From assembly GCA_900321255.1 (NCBI GenBank), contig ONVK01000001.1, positions 16,907-80,906 of the forward strand: a stretch of DNA of 64,000 nucleotides, given 5' to 3'. Both the position numbers and the translations under genes were made by a program. Shown one piece after another: positions 17,025 to 27,241 of this stretch. The DNA is from an uncultured Lentisphaerota bacterium (GTDB lineage Bacteria; Verrucomicrobiota; Kiritimatiellia; RFP12; UBA1067). The number at the start of each line of letters is the position of its first letter. Position 1 is the stretch's first letter. The notes beneath the pieces were generated by a model that was not told the DNA's origin, did not search any database, and saw nothing but the letters and a program-made list of their open reading frames with translations.

Positions 17025-20000
17025 ATGAACATCAAGATTATTGTTGCTGTTTCGGCGTTTGCCGCCCTCTCTCCGCTTGCTGTCCGTGCTGATCTCGTCT
17101 CGCGCGACATCGGCGATCCCGAGATGAACGCATGGGAGCCAGGCACGTGGGTCACGTGCGGCGGCGATGTGATCACGCTCGACGAGAGGCCCGCCGATGC
17201 GCCGACGAAGGCCAAGTCCATCCGCTTCGAGACGCGCTACGGCGACCATGCCTTTGGCGGGTGGAGCGCGTCTCCGAAGAAAAACGTCCTCCCCGGGAAG
17301 CCGGCCAAGTTCACCGGCTGGGCGAGGCTCGGCAACGACGATTCGTGGGGGATGTCGTTTGAGTTCGTGGACGCAAACACCAACAAGTTCAACATCTCCA
17401 TGCATGCGCCGGGCAACCCCAAGGGCAAGTTCACCCTGACGCGCGAGTGGCAGAAGTTCGAGATGACCTTCCCCGAAACCGTCGGCAAGAACAAGTCGCC
17501 GATCGCATATCCGGTCAAGTTCGAGTCCGTGAGCCAGAACAACTGGGGAGACCGCAACTCGCCGCCCAAGACGCGCCAGTTCGACATGTACGACTTCCGC
17601 CTGTGGACCGACATGGAAGGCGTCGCCGACAGGCCCTTCGAGCTGTCGGTCAAGTATCCCGTCGTCGGCAACACGTTCTACTACGCCGAGGGAGACCCGG
17701 CGATCGTCGTTTCCGCCGGCAGCTGGATCGGCGAGGAGAAGACGCTCACCTTCAGGGCGAAGGCGGTGTCTGCGGCAGGCGAGGAGAGGAAAATCGACAT
17801 TCCGCCGCTGAAGGTCCTCGACGGCGCGAGCCAGATGGTGAAGCTTCCATTTGACGAGCCTGGCGCGTACAAGGTCGAGATAGCCGTCGACGGCTTCCCG
17901 AAGCCGTTTGTCGAGAAGTCCCGCTACGTCGTCTGTCTCCATCCGCGGGATCTGACCGACGAGGAGAAGGAGGCGTCGCCATACGGAATCAATGTCCATG
18001 GCGGCGGATATGTCGGCTATGAGAAGTTCGCCCGCCTCGGCTTCACCTGGGTGCGCGACTATGCTTACAACTTCCACTGGATGCGCCGCGCGCGCGGCGA
18101 CGGCAAATACGCCGGCTGGCCGTGGTACCCCAAGATCGTCAAGGCCGCGGAGGATGTCGGCATCAAGACGCTTCCGTGCCTGATGGGGGCAGTCGAGATC
18201 AAGCGGGACGCGACAGGCGAAAACGATCCAAGCTATACGCCGAACAAGGAATGGCGCCGCCAGATGGCGCTCGCCGTCTCGACCTTCGACACGCTGACTG
18301 CGTTCGAGCTCGACAACGAGGTGGACGGTCTCATGTTCAAGACGCTCGACGGCTACGGGCGCTACTGCCAGGCGTTCGGCGACATCGTCAAGGCCGCTCG
18401 TCCCGATGCGCGCGCCGTGGCGCCGGGCCTTGCCGGCATCTATGTCGAGCAGTCGCAGAAGCTCGTCGAGAAGGGGTATTTCCGCAACATCGACGTGGTG
18501 AACGGCCATCGCTACTGCGGCAAGGACGGCCCTGAATACTCAAAGGCTAACCTCAACACCGGCATGAGCGAGGCGAAGCCGGCGTACCTGCGCGACGTGT
18601 GGCGCCACTGGAAGAAGGCGGCGACGTGCGACGGCAAGTTCCGCGAGCTCTGGGTCACCGAATGGGGCTGGGACACGCTCGCAGGGCAGCCCGTGAGCGA
18701 GTGGGAGCAGGCCGCGTACCTCCAGCGCAAGTGGGTGCTCGCGATGGGCAACGGAGTCGAGAAGATGTTCTGGTACTGGTACTACGACGACGACACCGAC
18801 ACGCCCAACTACTTCTTCGCCGGCTGCGGCATCTTCGACCGCAGGCGCAACCCGAAGCCGTCTGCCGCGTCCTTCGCCGCGCTGAGGACGTTCATCCCCG
18901 GAAAGTACGAGTACATCGGCACGGCCAACCTCGGGCCCAACCACATGGTCCAGATCGTAAGGGCCGACGGCAAGGTCGTCGCCCTTGCCTACAAGATCAA
19001 GAAGGACGGGCCGGACCTCGAAATCAAGGACGAGAAGGCGGAGCTTGTCACAGACATGTTCGGACGCGAGCTCAAGGCCTCGAACAGCCGCAAGCTCGAC
19101 ATCGCGCCCACGTGGTACGTCGGCCTCGACGAGGACAGCGACTGGCTCAAGCAGTGCCCGATCGACATCGAGAGCGACTTCTACGTACGCAACGTCGGCG
19201 GCGAGCCGGTCCGCGTCGAGGTCGCGCAGCCCGGCAAGTTCGAGTACTCCGTCGAGCCGCCGAAGGGCTGGACGGTCGAGAAGAAGCCGTACGGCTTCGA
19301 CGTGACTGGGCCTGCGGGGCTCAAGCGCGGCAATACGTCGTTCACCGTCACCGGCAAGAACGGCAACGTCTCGAAGACGATGGCGATCGAGGTCGACATC
19401 GTGCCGCAGGCATACGCTAAGTCCAGGGCCGCGAATTTCGACGGCGCGTTCACGATGAACGTCACGAACCAGTCCGCCGACGACCAGGACTTCACCGTCA
19501 AGGCGGAGCTCCCGAAGGGCTGGTCGATCGAGCCCGCCGTCACGCAGACGGGTGTGCTCAAGCCCGAGGAGACGAAGACGCTTGACTTCAAGCTCGTGAA
19601 GTCCGCACCGGTGGATCCGGCTGCGAAGGGCGCGGCGAATCCGAAGCTGTCGATCGTCAACGCGAAGGGGATGCAGGTCGACTACGCGCCTGTAATCCCG
19701 CGCACCTGGACGATGCGCCGCATTGACCTTTCGAAGATAAAGTTCGACGGCGACCTCTCGGATTGGGACGAGCGCTACCGCGTAAACAGCTTCATGATCG
19801 GGCCGAACGGCGACAAGGACCCGACCAAGGTCTACATCGCCTACTGCGACGAAGGACTCGTCGCGGCGCTCGACGTCGACGACTCGCGCTGCTTTACGGC
19901 CGACCCCGGCAGCTTCTGGCGCGCGGCCGACTGCCTCGAGATCATGATTACGACTCCAGACGGCGTCAAGTTCAAGCCAGACGAGCCGTGGTCGCTCTTC

Positions 20001-20387
20001 GACCACCAGATGTGGTTCTGCCCGATGCTGAAGGACAAGAACGTGTTCTGCGGCTACTGGGGCAACTGCAAGGGGCAGAAGGTCTACAAGAAGTCTGGCG
20101 ATGACGTCAACGCGAAGTGGAATGGAAGCGCGGCGAAGTGCGTGCCGGACGACTCCCGCTCCGGCCTCGTGAAGACGCCGCGCGGCTACCGCGCCGAGAT
20201 GTTTGTCCCGGCCGCACAGCTCACTGGATGGGAGAAGATGAAGCCGGGCGCCACGATCGGCCTCTCGTTCACTCTCGTCGTCGAAGACCTCAAGAACTCG
20301 CAGCACGAGCTCTACTGGCCGAACTCCAAGCGCGACAACCTCATGAAGAAGCCGTGGACTTGGGCGAAGGTCAAGCTCGAGAAGTAA
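17025..20387 (+). CDS. secreted large glycoside hydrolase (TIM-barrel, clan GH-A-like) with C-terminal CBM9-like domain
   Basis: Signal peptide [22 protein letters not shown] with an AAAGGAG RBS. The central region has a NEVDG / LWVTEWGWD (acid/base and nucleophile-like) pattern. The C-terminal [11 protein letters not shown]...DEG module resembles CBM family 9. Family assignment uncertain. Confidence 0.65.
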   Translation: MNIKIIVAVSAFAALSPLAVRADLVSRDIGDPEMNAWEPGTWVTCGGDVITLDERPADAPTKAKSIRFETRYGDHAFGGWSASPKKNVLPGKPAKFTGWARLGNDDSWGMSFEFVDANTNKFNISMHAPGNPKGKFTLTREWQKFEMTFPETVGKNKSPIAYPVKFESVSQNNWGDRNSPPKTRQFDMYDFRLWTDMEGVADRPFELSVKYPVVGNTFYYAEGDPAIVVSAGSWIGEEKTLTFRAKAVSAAGEERKIDIPPLKVLDGASQMVKLPFDEPGAYKVEIAVDGFPKPFVEKSRYVVCLHPRDLTDEEKEASPYGINVHGGGYVGYEKFARLGFTWVRDYAYNFHWMRRARGDGKYAGWPWYPKIVKAAEDVGIKTLPCLMGAVEIKRDATGENDPSYTPNKEWRRQMALAVSTFDTLTAFELDNEVDGLMFKTLDGYGRYCQAFGDIVKAARPDARAVAPGLAGIYVEQSQKLVEKGYFRNIDVVNGHRYCGKDGPEYSKANLNTGMSEAKPAYLRDVWRHWKKAATCDGKFRELWVTEWGWDTLAGQPVSEWEQAAYLQRKWVLAMGNGVEKMFWYWYYDDDTDTPNYFFAGCGIFDRRRNPKPSAASFAALRTFIPGKYEYIGTANLGPNHMVQIVRADGKVVALAYKIKKDGPDLEIKDEKAELVTDMFGRELKASNSRKLDIAPTWYVGLDEDSDWLKQCPIDIESDFYVRNVGGEPVRVEVAQPGKFEYSVEPPKGWTVEKKPYGFDVTGPAGLKRGNTSFTVTGKNGNVSKTMAIEVDIVPQAYAKSRAANFDGAFTMNVTNQSADDQDFTVKAELPKGWSIEPAVTQTGVLKPEETKTLDFKLVKSAPVDPAAKGAANPKLSIVNAKGMQVDYAPVIPRTWTMRRIDLSKIKFDGDLSDWDERYRVNSFMIGPNGDKDPTKVYIAYCDEGLVAALDVDDSRCFTADPGSFWRAADCLEIMITTPDGVKFKPDEPWSLFDHQMWFCPMLKDKNVFCGYWGNCKGQKVYKKSGDDVNAKWNGSAAKCVPDDSRSGLVKTPRGYRAEMFVPAAQLTGWEKMKPGATIGLSFTLVVEDLKNSQHELYWPNSKRDNLMKKPWTWAKVKLEK

Positions 20388-20398
20388 ACGGAGAGTCT

Positions 20399-22354
20399 AT
20401 GACGGCACCTGAAAAGGCAATCTTCGTCCTTTCGCTCGCGGCGGCGCTTGCCGCTTCTGCATCTGGCGCTTCAATCGAACGCCCCTCGACGGTCGTAAAG
20501 ACCGCCGACGGCTGGCGTATTGTCTATGCGCTCGGTTCGCCGGTGAAGGTCGACTACCTCATGCTCAACAACGCGCCTGCCGGAGCCTGGTCGCTTACAG
20601 TGGACTCGTGGGAGTTCGCACGCGGGGAGAAGCTTCCCGAAAACCTCAGCACCAACTTGCCGAAAGCCGTATCCGCTTCTCGGTTCCAGTTCGAGGTCAA
20701 GGGTGGCGCCGATCCGAAAATGGGCGGCCTCCTGCTCAAAGCAGCGGATCTTTCCGACAGGACCGCGGTCGAGGCGTCTAGGCGCCTGTACGTCGAGAAG
20801 AAGGGCGACCGTGTTTTCGCCGATTTCGGCGGCGAGACGGCCGTGCGCGGCGTCTATGTGCCTGCTGGCTCGAGCGTCGAGGTCTACGGTTCGTGGTCGC
20901 CTTCCCTTGCCGATGGCGGTCTTGGCTCCCCGATTCTTGCCTCGCGCACGGAGAAGGATGGACGCCTCTACGTCGAGTTCCACGATGTCCAGAGGTTCTG
21001 CTACTTCGCCGTGACTGGCGTTGGCGCGCCTAAGGACATTGAGTTCGACGTAGTCCCCTACGGCTATGCGAAGCACCTGACTAACGAGACGTGGAAGCAG
21101 AAGCTTGAGCGCATGAAGTGGTGGACGGACGCGAGATTCGGCATGTTCATCCACTTCGGTCTCTACGCCGTTCCAGCGCGGCACGAGTGGGTGAAGTCGA
21201 ACGAGCGCATTGGCGACGAGCGGTACCGCGAGTACTTCGAGACGTTCAATCCGTCTCGCTTTGACGCGAAGGCCTGGGCAAAGGCCGCGAAGGGCGCGGG
21301 CATGAAGTATGCCGTCCTAACCTCGCGCCACCACGAGGGCTTCTCGCTCTTCGACACGAAGTTCTCCGACTACAAGATCACAAATACGCCGTTCGGCCGC
21401 GACTTAGTCAAGGAGTTTGTCGACGCTTTCCGCGCCGAGGGGCTGAAGGTCGGCTTCTACTACTCCCTGCTCGACTGGCATCATCCCGACTACACGATCG
21501 ACAAGATGCACCCGCGTCGCAGGAACCCCGAGATGTTCGGCGCAGGCGGGGAGAACGTCGACTACTCGAAGGAGAACGAAGGCCGCGACATGGCGAAGTA
21601 CCGCCAGTTTATGAAGAACCAGGTGACGGAGCTTCTTACGAACTACGGCAAGATCGACATAATCTGGTTCGACTTCTCCTTCCCCGGCAAGAACGGCAAG
21701 GACCGCTACGACTGGGATTCCGAAGGTCTCGTCCGTCTCGCGAAGAAGCTTCAGCCTGAAATCATCATCGACAACCGCCTCGACCTCACGGATTGGGAGG
21801 ACGGCTGGGATTTCGCGACGCCAGAGCAGAGCAGACCGGCAGGATGCGTTGAGGTGAACGGCAGGAAAGTTCCGTGGGAGACATGCCAGACGTTCTCCGG
21901 CAGCTGGGGCTATGCGCGCGACGAGTCGAGTTGGAAGAGCGCCTACCAGTGCATCGAGCAGCTGGTCGACGCCGTTTCAAAGGGCGGCAACGTCATCATG
22001 AACGTCGGGCCGACGGCGACTGGCGAGTTCGACTATCGCGCTCTCGAGCGCCTTGCGGACTACGGCAAGTGGCTTAGGGTCAACGGAGAGTCGATCTACG
22101 GGTGCGGCCCCGCGCCGGAGGAGTTCGCGCCGCTTCCCGGGACGACGCTGACCTACAACCCCAAGACTAACCGCCTGTACATGCACATGCTTTCCTGGCG
22201 GTTTGGTACGTTCCAGGTCCCATTCGGCGAGCGCGTGAAGTGCTGTCGGCTGCTGAACGACGGAAGTGAACTCAGGTTCCGCTGGAACACTCTTCATCTT
22301 CCGGTGGAGAAACCGCCGGTGGAGATACCGGTCGTGGAATTTATCTTAAAATAG
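20399..22354 (+). CDS. alpha-L-fucosidase (GH29) with N-terminal extension
   Basis: WWTDARFGMFIHFGLY, LTSRHHEGFSLFDT and YYSLLDWHHPDY are GH29 hallmarks. Signal-peptide-like N-terminus. Start is 11 nt after the upstream GH stop. Confidence 0.8.
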   Translation: MTAPEKAIFVLSLAAALAASASGASIERPSTVVKTADGWRIVYALGSPVKVDYLMLNNAPAGAWSLTVDSWEFARGEKLPENLSTNLPKAVSASRFQFEVKGGADPKMGGLLLKAADLSDRTAVEASRRLYVEKKGDRVFADFGGETAVRGVYVPAGSSVEVYGSWSPSLADGGLGSPILASRTEKDGRLYVEFHDVQRFCYFAVTGVGAPKDIEFDVVPYGYAKHLTNETWKQKLERMKWWTDARFGMFIHFGLYAVPARHEWVKSNERIGDERYREYFETFNPSRFDAKAWAKAAKGAGMKYAVLTSRHHEGFSLFDTKFSDYKITNTPFGRDLVKEFVDAFRAEGLKVGFYYSLLDWHHPDYTIDKMHPRRRNPEMFGAGGENVDYSKENEGRDMAKYRQFMKNQVTELLTNYGKIDIIWFDFSFPGKNGKDRYDWDSEGLVRLAKKLQPEIIIDNRLDLTDWEDGWDFATPEQSRPAGCVEVNGRKVPWETCQTFSGSWGYARDESSWKSAYQCIEQLVDAVSKGGNVIMNVGPTATGEFDYRALERLADYGKWLRVNGESIYGCGPAPEEFAPLPGTTLTYNPKTNRLYMHMLSWRFGTFQVPFGERVKCCRLLNDGSELRFRWNTLHLPVEKPPVEIPVVEFILK

Positions 22355-22370
22355 ACAAGGAGAAAACAAA

Positions 22371-24728
22371 ATGGACATGGTAACACTGCTGCTCGCGGCG
22401 ACAATCGCATTGCCGCCATTTGGAGACGTAAAGGTGGTCGACGAAATCGACTGCACCAAGTCGGATCACCGCTTCGCGGACTGGCCTAAGGGCTCGAGCC
22501 GCGTGGAGAAGGTCCTCGGCAAACCCTGCCGAGTTCTCGACGTGCAGTCGGAAACGGCGTCCTACCTCGACTGGCGACTTGGCGAGGGCAAGGGGCTCAA
22601 GCCAAACGCCGCATACGTCGTCGTGATCGAGTATCCCGACGACAAGCCGCGCGCGTTCCATGTCCGCAACTACGGCAACAACTCGCGTCGCTCGTTCTAC
22701 ACCGGGCGTTCCAACGGGGACGCCTTCGAGGGCCCGATCGTCCACCACAAGCCAGAGTCGCTGAACCTTCCGCAGTCCGGCAAGTACGAGAAGTGGACGT
22801 CGCTTACCTTCCTCGGCGAGAGGGCCGCGAACCGCCGCGATCTCGGGAAGGACATGGCCGAGAAGACCGGCGAGAAGCAGCTGCTCGACATCGCTACCGA
22901 CGGCTTTGAGGTCGCCATCTCGCAGTACAAGCGCCCATGGCACCCCTGCTCCGAGGGAATTGCCGTCTCGCGCATCCAGCTCTGCGAGATCCTCGACGAG
23001 AAGGCGGCGTGGGCCAAGCTTAACCTGCCGCCCGCCCCGCTGCCGCGGCGCCACATCTTCTGGCGCGAGGAGATGAGCGACGGTGTCATGGCAAAGGACA
23101 GTCTCTGCCCCGGCAACGGCGGTCTTGACTGGATCGAGCAGAAGTTCCGCGCGATGAAGATCTTCGGGCAGAACACGTACTGCAAGGACCTCCTCGAATT
23201 CGGCCACAACCAGCACTGGGACTGCCACTGGAAGCACGGCAAGCCTGGCGGAAAGTCGTTCAAGTGGATGTGGGCGTGCGACGCCTACTACGCCGATCTC
23301 TGGTCGAAGATCGTCTCGCTTGCCGTGGAGAAGTACGGGTTCGACCTCCTTCCCTACTACGAGTACGGCGGGGCGGCCGGTGATCCCAAGGAGGCGCTCG
23401 GCCCCCAGAAGCGCGCCGAACCGCTCGACATCGACAACAAGCCCGACCGCAAGGCGCGGGGCGCGAACTACACGCACATCTGGTGGTCCGAGGGCAAGCT
23501 CCGCGTCGACATCACCGACCCCGACACTCTCGAAGAGCTCAAGTACATACTCGAAGGCACGATACTCCGCTACAAGGACCTGGTCGACAAGGGGGCCTTC
23601 GTCGGCGCGCTGATGCGCCCGCGTCCCGGCCACTGGGCGATCAGCTTCTCCGACAAGACGCGCGCGCGCTTCGCGAAGGAGGAGAACGGCGGCAGGCCCG
23701 TGTCGCGCGCGGACATCAAGAAGGACAAGGCGCTTTACAACAAGTACATCGCCTGGTACGGCAAGAAGCGCGCGCAGTTCATGGACGAGATACGCAAATA
23801 CCTTGAGGAGAACGGCGTCAAGAACGCGATCTCCATCCTCGAGAACGACGATTCCGAGACCGGCTATCCCCTTGCGGACGGCGGCAGCATGACGACCGAC
23901 GACCTCGCCTACTGGAAGGAGAAGCTCCCCGGCAAGAAGATCGTCGACGTCAACGACCCGAGCGTCGTCGGGCAGCATCGCTACCTCAAGGCGCTCAAGA
24001 CCCCGGCCGGCACGTGGGGCCCGTGGGAATGGCAGCACGCCTCGCCTGCCTGCGACCCTGAGCACTACAACGACCTCAGGAACGTCTGGATAGCGCTGCC
24101 GTTCCACGCTCTCTTCACCGTGACCGACCCCGAGTGCCTCTCCGCGTTTGCAAACGGCAACGGCACGGCGACGCTGATTCGCCACTACGACCTCAACGAA
24201 GGCACCTTCGACAGCGAGCCACTCCTCGATCCTAACGGCAATCCCGTCAAGAACGGGAAAGGCGAAGTCGAGAAGAGGCCGATCACCGGCTACGCGATGG
24301 CCGACTGGGAACACGCCGGGCGCGCCTGCATGATCGCCGAGGTCAACGCGATGGCGAACGGCGATCCCGTGAACCTCGGCTACCTGATGGGCTCGAACTA
24401 CACGCGCGGCTTCCCCGTGCCGGTCAGGGAGTTCAACCTGAACTTCCTCGCGCTTCCCGCGCTTCCCTCGAAGGTGGTTAAGGGCGCGTGTTCCGATCCT
24501 GAGGTCGTCCTGCGCGAGATCGACTGCTCGAAGCTCGGAGTCAAGGCGAAGTACTATGCCCTTGTCCACACCGGCTGGAAGGAGAAGAACGACGTCAAGG
24601 TCAAGATCCCCGGGGCGAAGGGCGAAGTCGAGTTCGCCGCCTACGGCAAGTCCAGGGCCCTGAAGAACGGCGTGCTCGAGTTCAAGACTCTCAAGCCGTT
24701 TCAGCTCCTTGCGATCAAGTCCAAGTAA
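22371..24728 (+). CDS. hypothetical secreted protein (785 aa), possible carbohydrate-active enzyme
   Basis: Protein-like composition rich in W/Y/K/N; the antisense 802-aa ORF has GC-artifact composition. N-terminal hydrophobic segment; no family recognised by eye. Confidence 0.6.
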   Translation: MDMVTLLLAATIALPPFGDVKVVDEIDCTKSDHRFADWPKGSSRVEKVLGKPCRVLDVQSETASYLDWRLGEGKGLKPNAAYVVVIEYPDDKPRAFHVRNYGNNSRRSFYTGRSNGDAFEGPIVHHKPESLNLPQSGKYEKWTSLTFLGERAANRRDLGKDMAEKTGEKQLLDIATDGFEVAISQYKRPWHPCSEGIAVSRIQLCEILDEKAAWAKLNLPPAPLPRRHIFWREEMSDGVMAKDSLCPGNGGLDWIEQKFRAMKIFGQNTYCKDLLEFGHNQHWDCHWKHGKPGGKSFKWMWACDAYYADLWSKIVSLAVEKYGFDLLPYYEYGGAAGDPKEALGPQKRAEPLDIDNKPDRKARGANYTHIWWSEGKLRVDITDPDTLEELKYILEGTILRYKDLVDKGAFVGALMRPRPGHWAISFSDKTRARFAKEENGGRPVSRADIKKDKALYNKYIAWYGKKRAQFMDEIRKYLEENGVKNAISILENDDSETGYPLADGGSMTTDDLAYWKEKLPGKKIVDVNDPSVVGQHRYLKALKTPAGTWGPWEWQHASPACDPEHYNDLRNVWIALPFHALFTVTDPECLSAFANGNGTATLIRHYDLNEGTFDSEPLLDPNGNPVKNGKGEVEKRPITGYAMADWEHAGRACMIAEVNAMANGDPVNLGYLMGSNYTRGFPVPVREFNLNFLALPALPSKVVKGACSDPEVVLREIDCSKLGVKAKYYALVHTGWKEKNDVKVKIPGAKGEVEFAAYGKSRALKNGVLEFKTLKPFQLLAIKSK

Positions 24729-24736
24729 AGGCAGAC

Positions 24737-26143
24737 ATGAAGAAGGCATTGCTCGTGGCCCTTGCGGCCATGGCCGCTTCCGCGTTTGCGGAAGGGCCCA
24801 AGTATGTGTTCCTCTTCATCGGCGACGGAATGTCCGTTCCGCAGCGGATGACGGCGGACGAGTTCTCTGTCAAGAAGGGCGACGGGCACCTCGCGATGAA
24901 CGCAATGCCGTTCACCGCGACGACCCGCACCTGCAGTGCGGACTCGCTCGTCACCGATTCCGCCGCGGCGGCGACTGCCATCGCGTGCGGCACGAAGACG
25001 AAGAACCACTATTCCGGCGTTGATTCCGACGGCAGGCCGCTGTACTCGAGTGCCTTCTCCGCGAAGAAGGCCGGCCGAAAGGTCGGCATCATCTCCACCG
25101 TGACGATCACGCATGCAACGCCGGCCGGGTTCTACGCGCACCGCACCAACAGGGGGGACGCGTACGGCATATCGCTTGACCTTGCGGACTCGGGCTTTGA
25201 CCTCTTCGCGGGCGGCGGTCTCGACGTCACCGAAAAGAACTCGAAGGGACACAAGAGCTACGCAGAGTTCGGCGACGCCTACGAGTACGCCAAGTCCAGG
25301 GGTTACCGCATCGTGACGACAAAGGACGAGTTCCTCTCCCTCGGGCCTGGCGACGGCAAGGTGCTCACAAAGTTCACGAACGGCCCGCTCGAGACGGCGA
25401 TAGACGCGGACGGTTCGCAGCCGACGCTCGCCGAGCTTGTGGCGAAGGGCATCGAGATGCTTGACGGAGAGCAGGGCTTCTTCATGATGGCCGAGGGCGG
25501 CAGAATCGACTGGGCCGGGCACGGCAACGACGCGGCGACGAACCTCCGCGACGTCCTGGCGCTCGACGAGGCGGTAAAGGTCGCTCTCGCATTCCTCGAC
25601 AGGCACCCCGACGAGACGCTAGTCGTCGTGACGGGCGATCACGAGACCGGAGGCATGTCGATGGGCTTCGCTGGAACGGGCTACGCGCTCTACATGGACC
25701 GTCTCGCGAACCAGACGATGTCCGTGGGCAAGTTCGGCACCATGGCGACGAAGCTGTTCGAGGAGAATCCGGACATCACGTTCAAGGACGTGAAGCCGCT
25801 CATCGGCGAGGCCTTCGGGTTCAAGTTCGAGGGCGACGTCAAGAAGGACCCCATGGTTCTGACGAAGAACGAGCTCTCCTCGATCGTGGAGGCGTTCGAG
25901 CATGACCGCGAGTTCCACAGGTCGAAGGTCGAGGAGGATTCGGCGTACGACGGCGCGAAGCGCTATCTGCTCGGCGGCGAGTGCCGGCTCGTGATGTCCC
26001 ACAAGTGCGGCATCGGCTGGAGCTCTAGTGCGCATACGGCGATGCCCGTCCTCACTACGGCGAAGGGACGCTGCGCTGAGCGCTTCTCCGGCTTTATCGA
26101 GAATACCGACATATCGAGGATCATGAAGGCGTTCTACGAATGA
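24737..26143 (+). CDS. alkaline phosphatase (PhoA family)
   Basis: FLFIGDGMS, TDSAAAATAIACGTKT (active-site Ser region) and GGRIDWAGH. Signal peptide present. Confidence 0.8.
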   Translation: MKKALLVALAAMAASAFAEGPKYVFLFIGDGMSVPQRMTADEFSVKKGDGHLAMNAMPFTATTRTCSADSLVTDSAAAATAIACGTKTKNHYSGVDSDGRPLYSSAFSAKKAGRKVGIISTVTITHATPAGFYAHRTNRGDAYGISLDLADSGFDLFAGGGLDVTEKNSKGHKSYAEFGDAYEYAKSRGYRIVTTKDEFLSLGPGDGKVLTKFTNGPLETAIDADGSQPTLAELVAKGIEMLDGEQGFFMMAEGGRIDWAGHGNDAATNLRDVLALDEAVKVALAFLDRHPDETLVVVTGDHETGGMSMGFAGTGYALYMDRLANQTMSVGKFGTMATKLFEENPDITFKDVKPLIGEAFGFKFEGDVKKDPMVLTKNELSSIVEAFEHDREFHRSKVEEDSAYDGAKRYLLGGECRLVMSHKCGIGWSSSAHTAMPVLTTAKGRCAERFSGFIENTDISRIMKAFYE

Positions 26144-27240
26144 AAAAGGCCCTGCCCGTCGCCGTGCTTGCGCTCTGCTGCGCGGCGCTTCTTGTCGCGC
26201 CGGGGCCGCGGCGCCTTGCGGACGACGGGCTGAGGACTGTCAGGGCGGAAGTAGTCGAGACCGACGACACGGCCCTCCAGCTGCACGGGCTGGTCGAGTT
26301 CGGCACGCAGAAGCTTGCGGTGCGGCTCCCAGACGGGCGCGTGTTCGCGGCCGCGAACGAGCTAAGGGCGCAGATGGAGCTGGACAAGAAGTTCTCCGTC
26401 GGCGACACGGCGCTTGTCGTCCTCCCGCCTGCCGCGAAGGACGACGACATCCTCGTTGCGCGCGACCACTGGCGGATGGGCTGGGGCTTCGCGTTCTTCG
26501 CCGCGTTCTGCGTTCTCCTGTGCGCGTTCGGCGGCTGGACAGGCGCAAAGGCGCTTTTCAGCTTCATGTTCAGCTGCCTTGCCGTCTGGAAGCTGCTCAT
26601 ACCGCTTGTCCTTGCGGGATGGCATGCCTCCGCCGTCTGCTTCGTCACTGTCGCCGTGCTTACGGGCGTCATCATGTATCTAGTCGCGGGATGGAACAGA
26701 AAGGGGGCGGGGGCGTTCGCGGGGTCCATGCTCGGCGTGTCGGCCTCACTTGGGCTCGCCCATTTCTTCGGGCGCGTGATGCACGTCAACGGCGCGACGA
26801 TGCCGTTCGCCCAGCAGCTCATATACTCCGGGTTCTCTGGAATCGATCTGCAGGACGTCTTCATGGGCGCGATCGTCCTCGCCTCTTCTGGAGCGGTGAT
26901 GGACCTCGGCATGGACATCGCGGCAGGCGTGGAGGAGGTGCACAGGCGCAGCCCCTGCCTCGGATTCCGCGAGCTCGCGATCTCGGGCTTCCGCATCGGC
27001 AGGGCTGTGGTCGGCACGATGACGACGACGCTCCTTCTCGCCTATTCGGGCGGATATCTCACGCTTCTCATGGTGTTTGCGGCCCAGGGCACGGCCCCGC
27101 TTGATTTCCTGAACTCCACCCTCGTCTCGGCGGAGCTCGTCAAGACGCTCGTCGGCAGCTTCGGCCTCGTTCTCGTCGCGCCGTTCACGGCGATTGTCTC
27201 GGCGGCGCTCTTCTCGCGCGGCGACAAGGAGGGCCGCTGA
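26140..27240 (+). CDS. YibE/F family membrane protein
   Basis: About 360 aa, N-terminal soluble domain then 6-7 TM segments; similar in length and pattern to YibE/F proteins. ATGA overlap with the phosphatase. Confidence 0.55.
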   Translation: MKKALPVAVLALCCAALLVAPGPRRLADDGLRTVRAEVVETDDTALQLHGLVEFGTQKLAVRLPDGRVFAAANELRAQMELDKKFSVGDTALVVLPPAAKDDDILVARDHWRMGWGFAFFAAFCVLLCAFGGWTGAKALFSFMFSCLAVWKLLIPLVLAGWHASAVCFVTVAVLTGVIMYLVAGWNRKGAGAFAGSMLGVSASLGLAHFFGRVMHVNGATMPFAQQLIYSGFSGIDLQDVFMGAIVLASSGAVMDLGMDIAAGVEEVHRRSPCLGFRELAISGFRIGRAVVGTMTTTLLLAYSGGYLTLLMVFAAQGTAPLDFLNSTLVSAELVKTLVGSFGLVLVAPFTAIVSAALFSRGDKEGR

Positions 27241-27241
27241 C

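Noticed and set aside
16221-18509. 762-aa ORF on the minus strand, and similarly 22341..24749 (802 aa), 12083..13108, 13077..14183, 27185..29311, 33817..34863, 36675..37736, 48341..50251, 50658..52403, 52942..54360, 56181..57287 and 59584..61848
   Set aside because: All are antisense to well-supported + strand genes and have the Arg/Ala/Val/Gly/Leu-dominated composition typical of out-of-frame reading in about 65% GC DNA. The + strand partners have recognisable domains or protein-like composition.
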